This document shows positions 9,913 through 19,707 of a stretch of DNA of 64,000 nucleotides, one piece after another; positions within the stretch are counted from its first letter, which is position 1, and every line of letters begins with the position of its first letter. The stretch is taken from assembly GCA_963763175.1 (NCBI GenBank), contig CAVXOB010000004.1, positions 27,938-91,937 on the forward strand. The letters run 5' to 3'. A program made the position numbers and the translations under genes. Origin of the DNA: an uncultured Planctomycetota bacterium (GTDB lineage Bacteria > Planctomycetota > Planctomycetia > Pirellulales > Pirellulaceae). The notes under the pieces are model-generated. The model saw nothing but the letters and a program-made list of their open reading frames with translations, was not told where the DNA came from and did no database searches.

Positions 9913-10488
9913 ATGAATCGAAGCACAATCCTGCACGCTGCCGCAGTCGCAGCACTCCTTGTGATCGCAGCACCGTTAGTCGCACAAGAAACACCGAAAT
10001 CGTATCCAATCACGTTTAAGGCGGACGACGTCCACACCATCAACAATTTCTCCATCGAGCTAAACGCTCTCAAGTTGACTGGCTCCCACTTGATGGTTGT
10101 GCCCATTCTCTGTGAACCGGGAATCACGGGTGCGATGCTGATCGGAAAGGGCGACTATGAATTTACTCCCGCTGGCGGTGACGTGATCAAAGGTGTATTT
10201 CGCGCGGCGATGCTTCGCTTCAACCCCATGGACCAGCCAAAACTGTTACCGATCAATCATGGTGACGCGACAACCGATCACGCAGTTCACGAAATGGGAC
10301 GTCACATGCTCGACAATGTGTTTCGCCATTGCTGGCATAGCGGGATGAATGCACTGATCCCGGATGCTGGGTCTCTTGTCGCCAATGTTTATTCGACGAC
10401 ACAAGGTGACTTGCTGATATCGACGGGGCCCGACTCCTCGGTCGTTCACAGTTTCACTAACAACGCCACGCTGTACACGAAAAAGTAA
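9913..10488 (+). CDS. Hypothetical secreted protein (191 aa)
   Basis: An internal ATG at 9913 is preceded by GGAG at 9902-9905. The signal peptide is MNRSTILHAAAVAALLVIAAPLVAQE. The 5' extension in the ORF track (from 9640) is made of the mobile-element relics. Confidence 0.6.
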   Translation: MNRSTILHAAAVAALLVIAAPLVAQETPKSYPITFKADDVHTINNFSIELNALKLTGSHLMVVPILCEPGITGAMLIGKGDYEFTPAGGDVIKGVFRAAMLRFNPMDQPKLLPINHGDATTDHAVHEMGRHMLDNVFRHCWHSGMNALIPDAGSLVANVYSTTQGDLLISTGPDSSVVHSFTNNATLYTKK

Positions 10489-10556
10489 ACGCGACAGAAC
10501 CATGCGGTGAATCGCAGCGAATATCATCATGGCCGATCCGTCGGACATCCAATTAA

Positions 10557-10733
10557 GTTCAACTCGTCGCGACAAATTTCAGCAAACGGGAGCGAGAACA
10601 GCTAGGCTGGAGTGTCAAACGAGGAGTCCCCTTCGGGAATGAAACCTGGGTGGAGCACATTGCCCGAACGTTCAATTTGGAGTCAACCATGCGCCCTCGA
10701 GGACGCCCAAGGAAGAAACCGGTCAAGAAATGA
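10557..10733 (+). pseudogene. C-terminal relic of a Y1 (IS200/RayT-like, REP-associated) transposase
   Basis: My own translation gives VQLVATNFSKREREQLGWSVKRGVPFGNETWVEHIARTFNLESTMRPRGRPRKKPVKK*. The ...RG.PFG.E.WV......L.LEST.RPRGRPRK tail matches my recollection of planctomycete REP-associated tyrosine transposase C-termini. No N-terminal catalytic part is present and an in-frame stop lies at 10554-10556. Confidence 0.4.
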
Positions 10734-10989
10734 ACCTCCCAAGACCAAAAACGGTATCGGACACCTTTCTTATTGAGCTAGTGAAGAATTCTCAGGTGTC
10801 CGCCATTCGTGGGTGAACTTGCTGGATATAGCTTGTCGATCGGTGTACACTGTCGCCTCGTTGATTCCTGCGGTCAGGAAGAACAAATGACGCGTCCTTG
10901 TTCCTGAAGCGTTCGCTGTTTTACTCGCTAACGTGCGTGCGGTAACACGCGGGCGAGCGTCTCCATTCCTTCTCCCATGACGAAATATC

Positions 10990-12675
10990 ATGAAAGCAAC
11001 CCGTCTAGCAGTTCTCTTGCTGCTCGCATCGAACCTTTTCTCGCTGGTCGATTTAACTGAAAGCCGGGCTCAGGACCGGAGTCAACCCAACATCCTGCTG
11101 ATTGTCTCGGACGACACCGGATATGGGGATCTCGGCCCCTATGGCGGCGGCGAGGGCCGCGGCATGCCGACGCCGAATATTGACCAGTTAGCAGCGAGCG
11201 GCATGACATTCTTCTCGTTTTATGCTCAGCCCAGTTGCACGCCCGGTCGAGCTGCGATGCAAACCGGGAGGATCCCCAATCGAAGTGGCATGACGACGGT
11301 CGCTTTTCAGGGTCAGGGTGGCGGCTTACCAGCGGCCGAATGGACGCTAGCCTCTGTCCTGAAAACGGCTGGCTACCACACCTACTTTACCGGCAAATGG
11401 CACCTTGGCGAAGAAGATTTTGCACTTCCCAATGCGCAGGGATATGACGTGATGGAACACTGTTTCCTCTATCACTGCAACGCATACACCTACGGCGACC
11501 CGACCTGGTTCCCCGACATGGATCCCAGTCTGCGAGCTATGTTCAACAAGGTCACCAAGGGTTCGCTCTCGGGTAACGCAGGTGAAGAAGCCAAGGAAGA
11601 CTTCAAGGTCAACGGCCAATACGTGAACAAACCGGATGAGGATGTCGCCATGGAGGGGGTCAACTACCCCGACGGCGTTGTCGGAATACCCTACATGGAT
11701 GAGTATGTTGAGCAATCGGGACTTAGGTTTCTTGAAGACGCGGCCAAAACACCGGATAAACCTTTTTTTATCAACGTCAACTTTATGAAGGTGCATCAGC
11801 CGAACCTTCCCGCCCCCGAGTTCAAGGGCAAGTCGCTCGCGAAGTCCAAGTATGCCGACTCGGTCGTCGAGCTGGATACCCGGATAGGAAATCTCATGAC
11901 CAAGCTCAAGGAGCTCGACCTCGACAAGAATACGCTGATCTTCTACACCACGGACAACGGGGCGTGGCAGGACGTCTATCCCGATGCGGGTTACACTCCA
12001 TTCCGTGGCACCAAGGGCACTGTCCGCGAAGGTGGCAACCGCGTCCCCGCGATCGCCGTTTGGCCTGGGAATATCAAACCCGGCGAACGCAACCATGACA
12101 TCGTTGGCGGTCTCGACCTGATGGCCACGTTCGCCTCCGTCGCGGGAGCCAAGCTGCCCGAGAAGGACCGTGAAGGAGTGCCGATCATATTCGACAGCTA
12201 TGACATGACTCCTCTGTTGACTGGCAAAGGCAAGAGCAAACGCGATTCTTGGTTCTACTTTACGGAGGTCGAGTTGACGCCTGGGGCCGCCCGCGTCGGG
12301 AACTACAAGGCTCTCTACAACATCCGTGGCGACGATGGACAGGCGACCGGCGGTCTTGCGGTGGATACCAACTTGGGTTGGAAAGGCGCAGATAAATACG
12401 TAGCGGTCGTCCCTCAGGTATTCGACCTTTGGGCTGACCCTCAAGAGAGGTACGACATCTTCATGAATAATTTCACTGAACGAACCTGGACGCTCGTGAC
12501 CATCAACGAGTCGATTCAGGAACTGATGAAGACCTACGTCCAATATCCACCGCGCAAGATGCAGGGTGAGGTCTACACAGGTCCGATCACCCTCCCTCAA
12601 TACCAGCGATTCAAGCATATCCGCGAATCACTGGATAAAGAGGGAATCTCGCTTCCCTTGCCCTCAGGCAATTGA
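10990..12675 (+). CDS. Arylsulfatase (formylglycine-dependent sulfatase family), secreted
   Basis: 561 aa with an N-terminal signal peptide. The sulfatase signature is LLIVSDDTGYGDLGPYGG...SCTPGRAAMQTGR (CxPxR). Downstream motifs are GKWHLG and YTTDNGAW. Confidence 0.9.
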   Translation: MKATRLAVLLLLASNLFSLVDLTESRAQDRSQPNILLIVSDDTGYGDLGPYGGGEGRGMPTPNIDQLAASGMTFFSFYAQPSCTPGRAAMQTGRIPNRSGMTTVAFQGQGGGLPAAEWTLASVLKTAGYHTYFTGKWHLGEEDFALPNAQGYDVMEHCFLYHCNAYTYGDPTWFPDMDPSLRAMFNKVTKGSLSGNAGEEAKEDFKVNGQYVNKPDEDVAMEGVNYPDGVVGIPYMDEYVEQSGLRFLEDAAKTPDKPFFINVNFMKVHQPNLPAPEFKGKSLAKSKYADSVVELDTRIGNLMTKLKELDLDKNTLIFYTTDNGAWQDVYPDAGYTPFRGTKGTVREGGNRVPAIAVWPGNIKPGERNHDIVGGLDLMATFASVAGAKLPEKDREGVPIIFDSYDMTPLLTGKGKSKRDSWFYFTEVELTPGAARVGNYKALYNIRGDDGQATGGLAVDTNLGWKGADKYVAVVPQVFDLWADPQERYDIFMNNFTERTWTLVTINESIQELMKTYVQYPPRKMQGEVYTGPITLPQYQRFKHIRESLDKEGISLPLPSGN

Positions 12676-12844
12676 AGCTTCCGCAAAAGCACTCCGACGA
12701 ATATCCGAATGATCTCTCTCGATGGTGAGTGCCGCTGTCCAGTAGCGGGCACGTTGATTTTTCACGTTTGACCATGACTGTGTTGGAAGTCGTCCAAACG
12801 TCCGACTCGACGTTCGAGAAACAAAATTTTTTACCAGGAGCAAC

Positions 12845-13951
12845 ATGATGAGCCCAACGAGTTTGGCACGATTGACGATTTTTTTGGCTGCAAGTGGGAT
12901 CTTGCTACCAGCGGTGCCCGCCATTGCTTGCACTGCGATACGTCTCATTTCTAGGGACGGCAGCGTGGTGGTCGGCCGTACAATGGAATTCGGTTTTGAC
13001 GTCGACTCCGAAGCCGTGGTCATCCCCGCTGGCACCAAAATATCCAGTTCGCTCGCCAATTCGTCGCACGGAATGGACTATACGACGAAATTTGGAGTCG
13101 TCGGAGCGAACGCCATAGGCCGAAAGATCATCGTCGACGGGATGAACGAGAAAGGGCTGTATGTCGGCACCCTTTACCTGCCTGGATACGCTGGCTATGC
13201 CGATCCCGCCAAGGCGGTTGAATCTCGTTCGCTCGCTCCAGAGGACTACGGAGGCTGGTTGCTAGCGAATTTTGCCTCGGTGCAAGAGGTAAGGGCTCAC
13301 TACCAGGATGTGACGCTCGTTCCCAACCCTATCGAAGAACTCGGTGGGCTTACTCTTCCAGCGCACTATATCGTCCAGGACAATACAGGTGCAGCCGTGG
13401 TCATTGAACCGATCGACGGTTCCTTAAAAATACACGACGATCCCCTCGGTGTCTTGACGAACTCCCCAACCTTCGACTGGCATATCACTAATCTTCGCAA
13501 TTACATCAATCTAAGCGCCACCAACGTTCCTGCGGTTGCGCTGTCGGACATCAAACTCACACAGTTTGGCCAGGGTACAGGCATGCTGGGTCTGCCCGGT
13601 GACTTCACCCCACCGTCGAGGTTTGTTCGAGCGGTCTTCTTTTCTCAGCTCGCGGTGAAGAACAAGACGGCGGACGAGACCGTGCCCCAGATGTTTCATC
13701 TCATGAATGCATTCGACATTCCGCGCGGTGCGGTGCGGGAAGATGATAACGGTCAGGTTGACGCAGAATACACGGTGTGGACGTCGGTCTCTGATCTGAC
13801 CAACCGCCGCTGGGCTTTTCGAACTTACAAGGATCAATCGATTCGGGCGATTGATGTCGTCAAGGCGTTGAAAGCGGCAGGCGGTAAAGTGAAAACAATC
13901 GCGATGGATTCCGACCAAGTCATTTTGGACGCCTCCACGAAATTCCAGTGA
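12845..13951 (+). CDS. Choloylglycine hydrolase / linear amide C-N hydrolase family (Ntn hydrolase), secreted
   Basis: 368 aa. The signal peptide ends ...PAIA|CTAIRL, which exposes an N-terminal nucleophile Cys, followed by GRTMEF. This is typical of bile-salt hydrolase and penicillin V acylase relatives. Confidence 0.85.
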   Translation: MMSPTSLARLTIFLAASGILLPAVPAIACTAIRLISRDGSVVVGRTMEFGFDVDSEAVVIPAGTKISSSLANSSHGMDYTTKFGVVGANAIGRKIIVDGMNEKGLYVGTLYLPGYAGYADPAKAVESRSLAPEDYGGWLLANFASVQEVRAHYQDVTLVPNPIEELGGLTLPAHYIVQDNTGAAVVIEPIDGSLKIHDDPLGVLTNSPTFDWHITNLRNYINLSATNVPAVALSDIKLTQFGQGTGMLGLPGDFTPPSRFVRAVFFSQLAVKNKTADETVPQMFHLMNAFDIPRGAVREDDNGQVDAEYTVWTSVSDLTNRRWAFRTYKDQSIRAIDVVKALKAAGGKVKTIAMDSDQVILDASTKFQ

Positions 13952-14186
13952 GCGGTTGGGAAACGGCAAGTGAGCAAGGTCTCAAACAGGGAGGATTTGC
14001 GACAACCCATCGCCGCTGCCGGGAACGACCTGCTCAGGTTTTCCATTCTCTTGGATCGCGGGCAATGGGTCCAAGAACTGGCACTTCAATCAATCCGCAT
14101 CATTGCTTGCCCACCGACGCATGGGCGAACGACGACATCGTTTGGCCCGCTGGCGCGGCAGGTTCGGCGTCGGCAAACCTAGATGG

Positions 14187-15014
14187 CTACGCTGCCGCGC
14201 GTGCGGGCGATGTGGACGCTCGACTCGCTTCCTGAGCGAGCACTTCTTCGGCCAATGACTGGTAGTCAATCGCGCCATTGCTATCGCCAGAATAATCGAA
14301 AATCGATTTGCCGAAACTCGGAGCTTCGGCCAAGCGGATATTACGGCGAATCCTTGTATCGAAGAACTTGGCGTCGCGAAAGAACTCTCTCGACCCCTTC
14401 GAGGACGTGAAGAACTCGTCGATATCGGTGCTGACCTCGGCTGCCAGACGCGTGTTCGAGTCGTACATGCACAGCACCACGCCGGAGAGGCGTAGTCGAC
14501 TATTCATTCGTCTGGCGACGACTTCGATCGTTCGCAACAGTTTGCTGAGTCCATGCAGCGCGAGGAAATGGGGTTGCAGCGGCAGAAAGACTTCGTTGAC
14601 GGCGACGAGCGCGTTGATCGTGAGCACGCCAAGGCTCGGCGGGCAATCGAGGATAAGATAATCAAACGCTTCATGGTCGTCGGCCAGTTTGTCACTCAGG
14701 ATCATCTCACGCCCGACTTCGCAGGCCAATTCCATTTCGGCCGCGGCAAGGTCGAGGTTGGACGGAACGACAAACAGGTTTTCGTCGACCTGTTGACGTG
14801 CATCGGCGAGCGTGGCGTCACCACACAGGACTTCGTACATTGTGGCTTCGCCGTCCACGGCGGTGATTCCCAGGTGCAACGACGCATGTGCTTGCGGATC
14901 CAAATCCATCACGCAGACGCGGCGACCGGCACGGGCTAGAGCAGCGGCGAGATTCACGCTGCTGGTCGTTTTGCCAACGCCGCCTTTTTGGTTGATTACT
15001 GCAATCGAACGCAT
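14187..15014 (-). CDS. ParA/Soj-family P-loop ATPase (orphan; no parB seen nearby)
   Basis: The start was moved to ATG 15014, preceded by AGGAAA. The deviant Walker A is [23 protein letters not shown] and the Walker B-like segment is [12 protein letters not shown]. Confidence 0.85.
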   Translation of the reverse strand: MRSIAVINQKGGVGKTTSSVNLAAALARAGRRVCVMDLDPQAHASLHLGITAVDGEATMYEVLCGDATLADARQQVDENLFVVPSNLDLAAAEMELACEVGREMILSDKLADDHEAFDYLILDCPPSLGVLTINALVAVNEVFLPLQPHFLALHGLSKLLRTIEVVARRMNSRLRLSGVVLCMYDSNTRLAAEVSTDIDEFFTSSKGSREFFRDAKFFDTRIRRNIRLAEAPSFGKSIFDYSGDSNGAIDYQSLAEEVLAQEASRASTSPARAAA

Positions 15015-15083
15015 GACATTTTTCCTGTGAGAGTGAAGAGCACACCAAGCATCATCGGGCGAATTCCATTCGCCACCCACTCG

Positions 15084-15332
15084 CTATCGAGACGAACTAC
15101 GCAGCGACTGATAGGCCAACAAGACTTCGTATAAGTCTGCATCGATTTTCACGCAGTCATCCGCAAAATCCCGGAGCCAGGTGCGGTTGGATTCGTTTGC
15201 GTCGATCAATAAACGCGTGATCTGGGCGAGCGGAATCGAGACCGATTTCGGCTTTCCCAACCCCGACACACGGTCCATTTCCAACTCACGAACAAATCGG
15301 TGTTTTTTCAATCGAGTGCAGGGTGGAATCAC
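15084..15332 (-). CDS. Small hypothetical protein upstream of parA-like gene
   Basis: An 82-aa ORF (an internal Met would give 64 aa), same strand as ParA and 70 nt upstream of it. I recognise no motif. Confidence 0.4.
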   Translation of the reverse strand: MIPPCTRLKKHRFVRELEMDRVSGLGKPKSVSIPLAQITRLLIDANESNRTWLRDFADDCVKIDADLYEVLLAYQSLRSSSR

Positions 15333-15687
15333 GGCAGATCAATCTTTCGGCTAGAAGCGAGTCAACGCAAGTGTGTTTAACAGGGCATGACGATCCATCG
15401 CCAGAGCGTCCTGCGTTCAAAGTATCGACTTTGACGATGAGGGGACTTGATCCAATTTTGCGGGTTTCGCCGGATCGCTCCGATCACGTGCTCGCCCCCA
15501 CTGTGATCGAACTGCGGTGCGGAATCTTGCCGCGTTCCTGTTTGAGCCAGGCCGAGCTGGTTCATGGCTTGGAATTGGGGTATTAAGCCGTCGTGCTGCA
15601 CGAATACTGCTGCGCCCCGAACCGAAAAAAAATTGGCCCAGCGGAATATGGAAATTTTGTGACCCCCGCTGGTGTGGGGAGCGTACA

Positions 15688-17967
15688 ATGGGACAAAATG
15701 ATTTGGCTATGTCATCCGACCCCGTTTTCAACAATATCTCTTCGCTGATGGACCCGCTCAATCGCGTCTTGCCGTCCCATCACGCGTTGCCGGATAATCA
15801 TCACGGCAGCGCCGCTCGGGAGAGAGAGGCCGCGGAAATGGACGGAATCTCGATCGACGAGATGGTTCGGGATCTCGAACAGGGGTTCGGCGTTGAGTCT
15901 CTCGAAGACGACTCATTTGGAAACGCACCGCATCGCGCCGGGATCGATTATTACGGAGCGACCGAAGACGATTTTTCCGCAATTGGGGTGCGAAACCTCG
16001 AATGGAGACTGCCGATCATCCGCAGCGCGGCCCACCGCAGCGCTGACGCCATCGCTACGAATCAAATCATTGATCCATCTGCATCCCGAGAGGCGCAATT
16101 AACTCAGATTGTCCTCTCGACGTACCGATTGATCGATCCTCGTTTCCGGGGCAGCTATTTTCAACAGGTCCGCGTGGGACGCATGCTGCCGATGACGCTG
16201 CAAACTGCGTCGTGCGTGGATGGCACGCCCCCGTCGTTGCAGCCGGTGCTGTGGAATGATCATCGCAATGCTGTGCGTTTATTCGGTCATGACCTCCCGC
16301 TGCAGGCCGCTGCTCAATCGCCTCAGTCTGCCCGGTTGCCCCAGCCTTTCGAGCCGTCTCAGCGTTTCACAAAGCAACCCCGTCTCGCAACCAAGAGGGC
16401 GTCTCAAGGTAAACGGACAGACTATCGCGACGAGGCAATCGAGGTGCTCGCTGAGCTCCAGTCGCGGTCCCACCCTGCCGCATGGAAGGGGTGGCTTCAG
16501 GGCAAACGACTGGTGGCTTCGCTTTGTGGGCTGCTCGCGTTATGCGTGCTTTCCGTCGCGGCTTACCGCGGCATGGGGCCCTCTCGAGCTCCCACTGATC
16601 CTCCCGATCAGCTCGCCAGCCAACTCAGGCTGAAGCTGCCTGAACTGCAACAGGGTGTGCTGCCCAAGGCGAAATCGGTGACTCCTCGACGGTTGCCGCC
16701 TGCGGCCCATTCGGGCGAACCAGCGGAAAGCGATCTAGATCTGAAGATCCCGTCTCCTCCGCTAATTCTCGACATCCCAGCTCGCGAGCTGACGACAGAC
16801 GAACTCATGAAGGCGTTGGCCAAGGCTTCCGGTCTGCCGGAAAACGAATTAGAAGACATCGCCGAGAAGGGACATCGATCGGGCAGCGAACCTCGCAAAA
16901 TTCCGCAAACTCGGAAACCACGTCCTAATGACGACCTCGTTAGCGGTGCTCGCGTGGGGAGTTCGGAGTTGAAGCCGCCGGTTGTCGCGGAGTCACCGCG
17001 CACGAAAGTCGCGCCGCCTTTGAAAGTCGCGGCGCCCTGGGAGGATGCTGCAGTCGAAGGTGCAGTCGCCCTGTTGTGGTCGGAGACCGACTCAGCGAGT
17101 CGACGATTTACCGCCTCCACCGCTGCCGGATTGATCGACGCATGGGATTTAACGGCGGACCTCGCCGCCGTAGGATCTCTCGAACATGCGGCTGCCCAAC
17201 GGCTAATCATTCAAGCCTCTTGGTTGCTCCGTCCTCTCGCTCGGATCGTGAGTCTGATTCGTCAATCCCAACAGTCAGCCTCGGCACGTTTCGCTGACGC
17301 GAGCGAACCTCAACTTCTGGAAACGTCTCATTTGGACGCTGCCGAAATTCATCTGCTGATCACGTCATGGCGTGCGGCACGCAAACGTGTGGTTCGAACC
17401 AACGATCTCGACCAAATGCTCCGTCAGGCCAACGTGCTGTTGGACCGGATCGTCATCAGTGACCAACTCTCACCACGCGACCGGAGTGACTCGCTCGATA
17501 CTTTTCGTGTCGATGTCGAACAGCTCGCCAGGATCTGCAGCGACAAAGTGTCCATCGGTGAGACCAATACGCTACTTGCCGCACTCGACACGCTGCCCGC
17601 GGAGAGTGAGTGGGCGAGGCTGGCGTCAGCCGAACATCCTTCGGGTCTGATGGCGAGCATCTACTGCCTCCAGCAACGTCGTTGGGATGAAGGAATTGCT
17701 TGGCTTGGACAAACCAGTAACCTGGCGGTTGCAGCGGCGGCGAAAACGGAGTGGAAATTGATCCAAAACGAGCAGCGGGGCGCGAACGTAAATGACGCGA
17801 AATCCCGCATTACGCTTGCCAACCGCTGGAGCAAGATCGCACATCGCCTCGAACCTCGCGAAGCGGCCGCAGTGCGGTTGCATGCGATCGATCTGTATGG
17901 GGCCGATCCAGGAACGCTAGCTCAGCGTGATGAACTCAAAGCAAAGCTGCCACTTTATGTGAAGTGA
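15688..17967 (+). CDS. Large hypothetical protein with one predicted TM helix, Pro-rich linker and helical C-terminal region
   Basis: The likely start is ATG 15688 (MGQNDLAMSSDP...). The TM segment is LVASLCGLLALCVLSVAAY. It is divergent from the ParA operon. No family is recognised. Confidence 0.6.
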   Translation: MGQNDLAMSSDPVFNNISSLMDPLNRVLPSHHALPDNHHGSAAREREAAEMDGISIDEMVRDLEQGFGVESLEDDSFGNAPHRAGIDYYGATEDDFSAIGVRNLEWRLPIIRSAAHRSADAIATNQIIDPSASREAQLTQIVLSTYRLIDPRFRGSYFQQVRVGRMLPMTLQTASCVDGTPPSLQPVLWNDHRNAVRLFGHDLPLQAAAQSPQSARLPQPFEPSQRFTKQPRLATKRASQGKRTDYRDEAIEVLAELQSRSHPAAWKGWLQGKRLVASLCGLLALCVLSVAAYRGMGPSRAPTDPPDQLASQLRLKLPELQQGVLPKAKSVTPRRLPPAAHSGEPAESDLDLKIPSPPLILDIPARELTTDELMKALAKASGLPENELEDIAEKGHRSGSEPRKIPQTRKPRPNDDLVSGARVGSSELKPPVVAESPRTKVAPPLKVAAPWEDAAVEGAVALLWSETDSASRRFTASTAAGLIDAWDLTADLAAVGSLEHAAAQRLIIQASWLLRPLARIVSLIRQSQQSASARFADASEPQLLETSHLDAAEIHLLITSWRAARKRVVRTNDLDQMLRQANVLLDRIVISDQLSPRDRSDSLDTFRVDVEQLARICSDKVSIGETNTLLAALDTLPAESEWARLASAEHPSGLMASIYCLQQRRWDEGIAWLGQTSNLAVAAAAKTEWKLIQNEQRGANVNDAKSRITLANRWSKIAHRLEPREAAAVRLHAIDLYGADPGTLAQRDELKAKLPLYVK

Positions 17968-18042
17968 TCAGACGGCGCCAAGCAAGTACTCGTTTTTTTC
18001 CGGCGTCACACATGGCGTGAGCAATGCGTAATAGGTGCTGGA

Positions 18043-19557
18043 TCACTTCTGAGGCTGATCTTCGATTTCCAGTATGCACAGGAATCGCTGCATGTACGCA
18101 TCCGGATCCGCAGGATCGTACAGATCTTGCATGTACTGCAGCTCAATCGCCTCCGCCCTTTGGCTGTGGTGAGTCGCCCACTGCGTCGCGAGATATTGAC
18201 AGAGCGAGTCGCGGTATTGCTGATTGCGATCGTACACTAAGTGGCTGTACAGCTTGCGCCATCGGTGATCGGGGAACCGTCGATAGGGATAGGCGGGGCG
18301 CGTGAATGTTTCTGCATCCGCTTTCACGCCACCACGCAGCAGGTCCGCGTAGTTAAAGTCAGGCAACCTAGCCAAAACGATAAACCAGCTGCCTCGATTG
18401 GACGCATAGTCGAACAGACGCCAGTTCTGCTGCAGCGACAATAGATCGCCCACTCGTTTCGCCGCGACCGGAATACGGTTATGCCCGAACGCTCCTCGAT
18501 CAGCCAAATTCCAGGCGATCATGTAGACTAACGAAAACGCAACGGCAGTTCCTGCCAAGGCTTGCACCCACCAAGCCGGTTGCGATGGCGGTCCATTGGA
18601 GTCAGTGTCGCTATTCATACTGTCGGAACTCGAGGTTTCCTGAAACCTCGAACATTTCGAGAATTGTCCCAGGTAGTCCCAAAAACCAGCCGGTAAAAAC
18701 AGTAGCAGTGCGGACCAACAGACAAGCGAGAACAGGCCAATTGTGAGAGTGAATTCAATTCCTAAATGCATCGAAGCCAATGCGGCGACCACGAGGCAGC
18801 GAGCACGCCAGTATCCTGCAGTGGCCAACAATAATATCGGCAGAATATGTTCTGCAAAAACGACGACCGTGCCAGCGATCGACGTCAGCTGCGGGTACCC
18901 TTGCAGCATGTACGCAAGCGGACGAGCATAGTCGATATCGCTGAAAATCCGATGAAGCTCGTCGCCGTTAATCCAGTCACCCGTCAGTTTCCACGAACCG
19001 GCAAAGAAATACATCACGCACACTTGGAGCATGATCGCAGCCGAGGCGATAGTACTGACACTCGAGGCCGCTGTCGTTCGCCGCGAACCTAGCGAAAGAC
19101 GCGAAGGTATCGGTAAAAAAAATGCCCAAAAGAGCAGCATTCTCAGCAAGTCGTCAGCACCAGTCTGCAGCAGTGGTGTGCGAGCCTGCATGGACGTCCA
19201 CAGCACCCAGCACAACGCAATGGCGGCTCGCGGATGGAAACCAATCGCCACGCAGAACGCTGCGAGTCCTGACAGCACAAACAAGATCGCCTGAAACGAC
19301 GTACTCCCGCTGAAAAAATGCAGCGACCACCGCCAGGAGCCCACGTAGTCTGCGGCGACTAAAGACGACGGCATCACACCCGCGTCGGTGTAATGTGCTT
19401 GAAGCGAAGTCGCACGAATGGCAAGATCAATAAGTAATACGACGCCAATCGCGATGCGAAAAGCCTTCAACGACCTCAGGTCGATCGCAAACAGATTGGA
19501 TATCTGATGGCTGAACAATGTCAATATTTCGAAGCGGGTTTGATAGCTCGACGTCAA
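18043..19557 (-). CDS. HTTM-domain (vitamin-K-dependent-carboxylase-like) polytopic membrane protein
   Basis: 504 aa. The N-terminal DLRSLKAFRIAIGVVLLIDLAIRATSLQAHYTDAGVMP is typical of HTTM domains. Multiple TM helices are followed by a soluble C-terminal domain. Confidence 0.65.
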   Translation of the reverse strand: MTSSYQTRFEILTLFSHQISNLFAIDLRSLKAFRIAIGVVLLIDLAIRATSLQAHYTDAGVMPSSLVAADYVGSWRWSLHFFSGSTSFQAILFVLSGLAAFCVAIGFHPRAAIALCWVLWTSMQARTPLLQTGADDLLRMLLFWAFFLPIPSRLSLGSRRTTAASSVSTIASAAIMLQVCVMYFFAGSWKLTGDWINGDELHRIFSDIDYARPLAYMLQGYPQLTSIAGTVVVFAEHILPILLLATAGYWRARCLVVAALASMHLGIEFTLTIGLFSLVCWSALLLFLPAGFWDYLGQFSKCSRFQETSSSDSMNSDTDSNGPPSQPAWWVQALAGTAVAFSLVYMIAWNLADRGAFGHNRIPVAAKRVGDLLSLQQNWRLFDYASNRGSWFIVLARLPDFNYADLLRGGVKADAETFTRPAYPYRRFPDHRWRKLYSHLVYDRNQQYRDSLCQYLATQWATHHSQRAEAIELQYMQDLYDPADPDAYMQRFLCILEIEDQPQK

Positions 19558-19707
19558 GTCTCGCCAGATACCCTACTGGAATGGTTGGTGTCAACTTGTC
19601 GTCATCAATTTCACATTGTAATGCGGCGAGTCGATCAATCAAGAACGAAGTCGAATCGTCCGTAGATGCGCTCCTCCGTGGATGCCCATTGCTCGCTGAC
19701 CACCTAC

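Noticed and set aside
11347-12618. 423-aa minus-strand ORF antisense to the sulfatase gene
   Set aside because: The plus-strand sulfatase has a signal peptide and the CxPxR signature. The antisense ORF has no motifs and looks like a shadow ORF.
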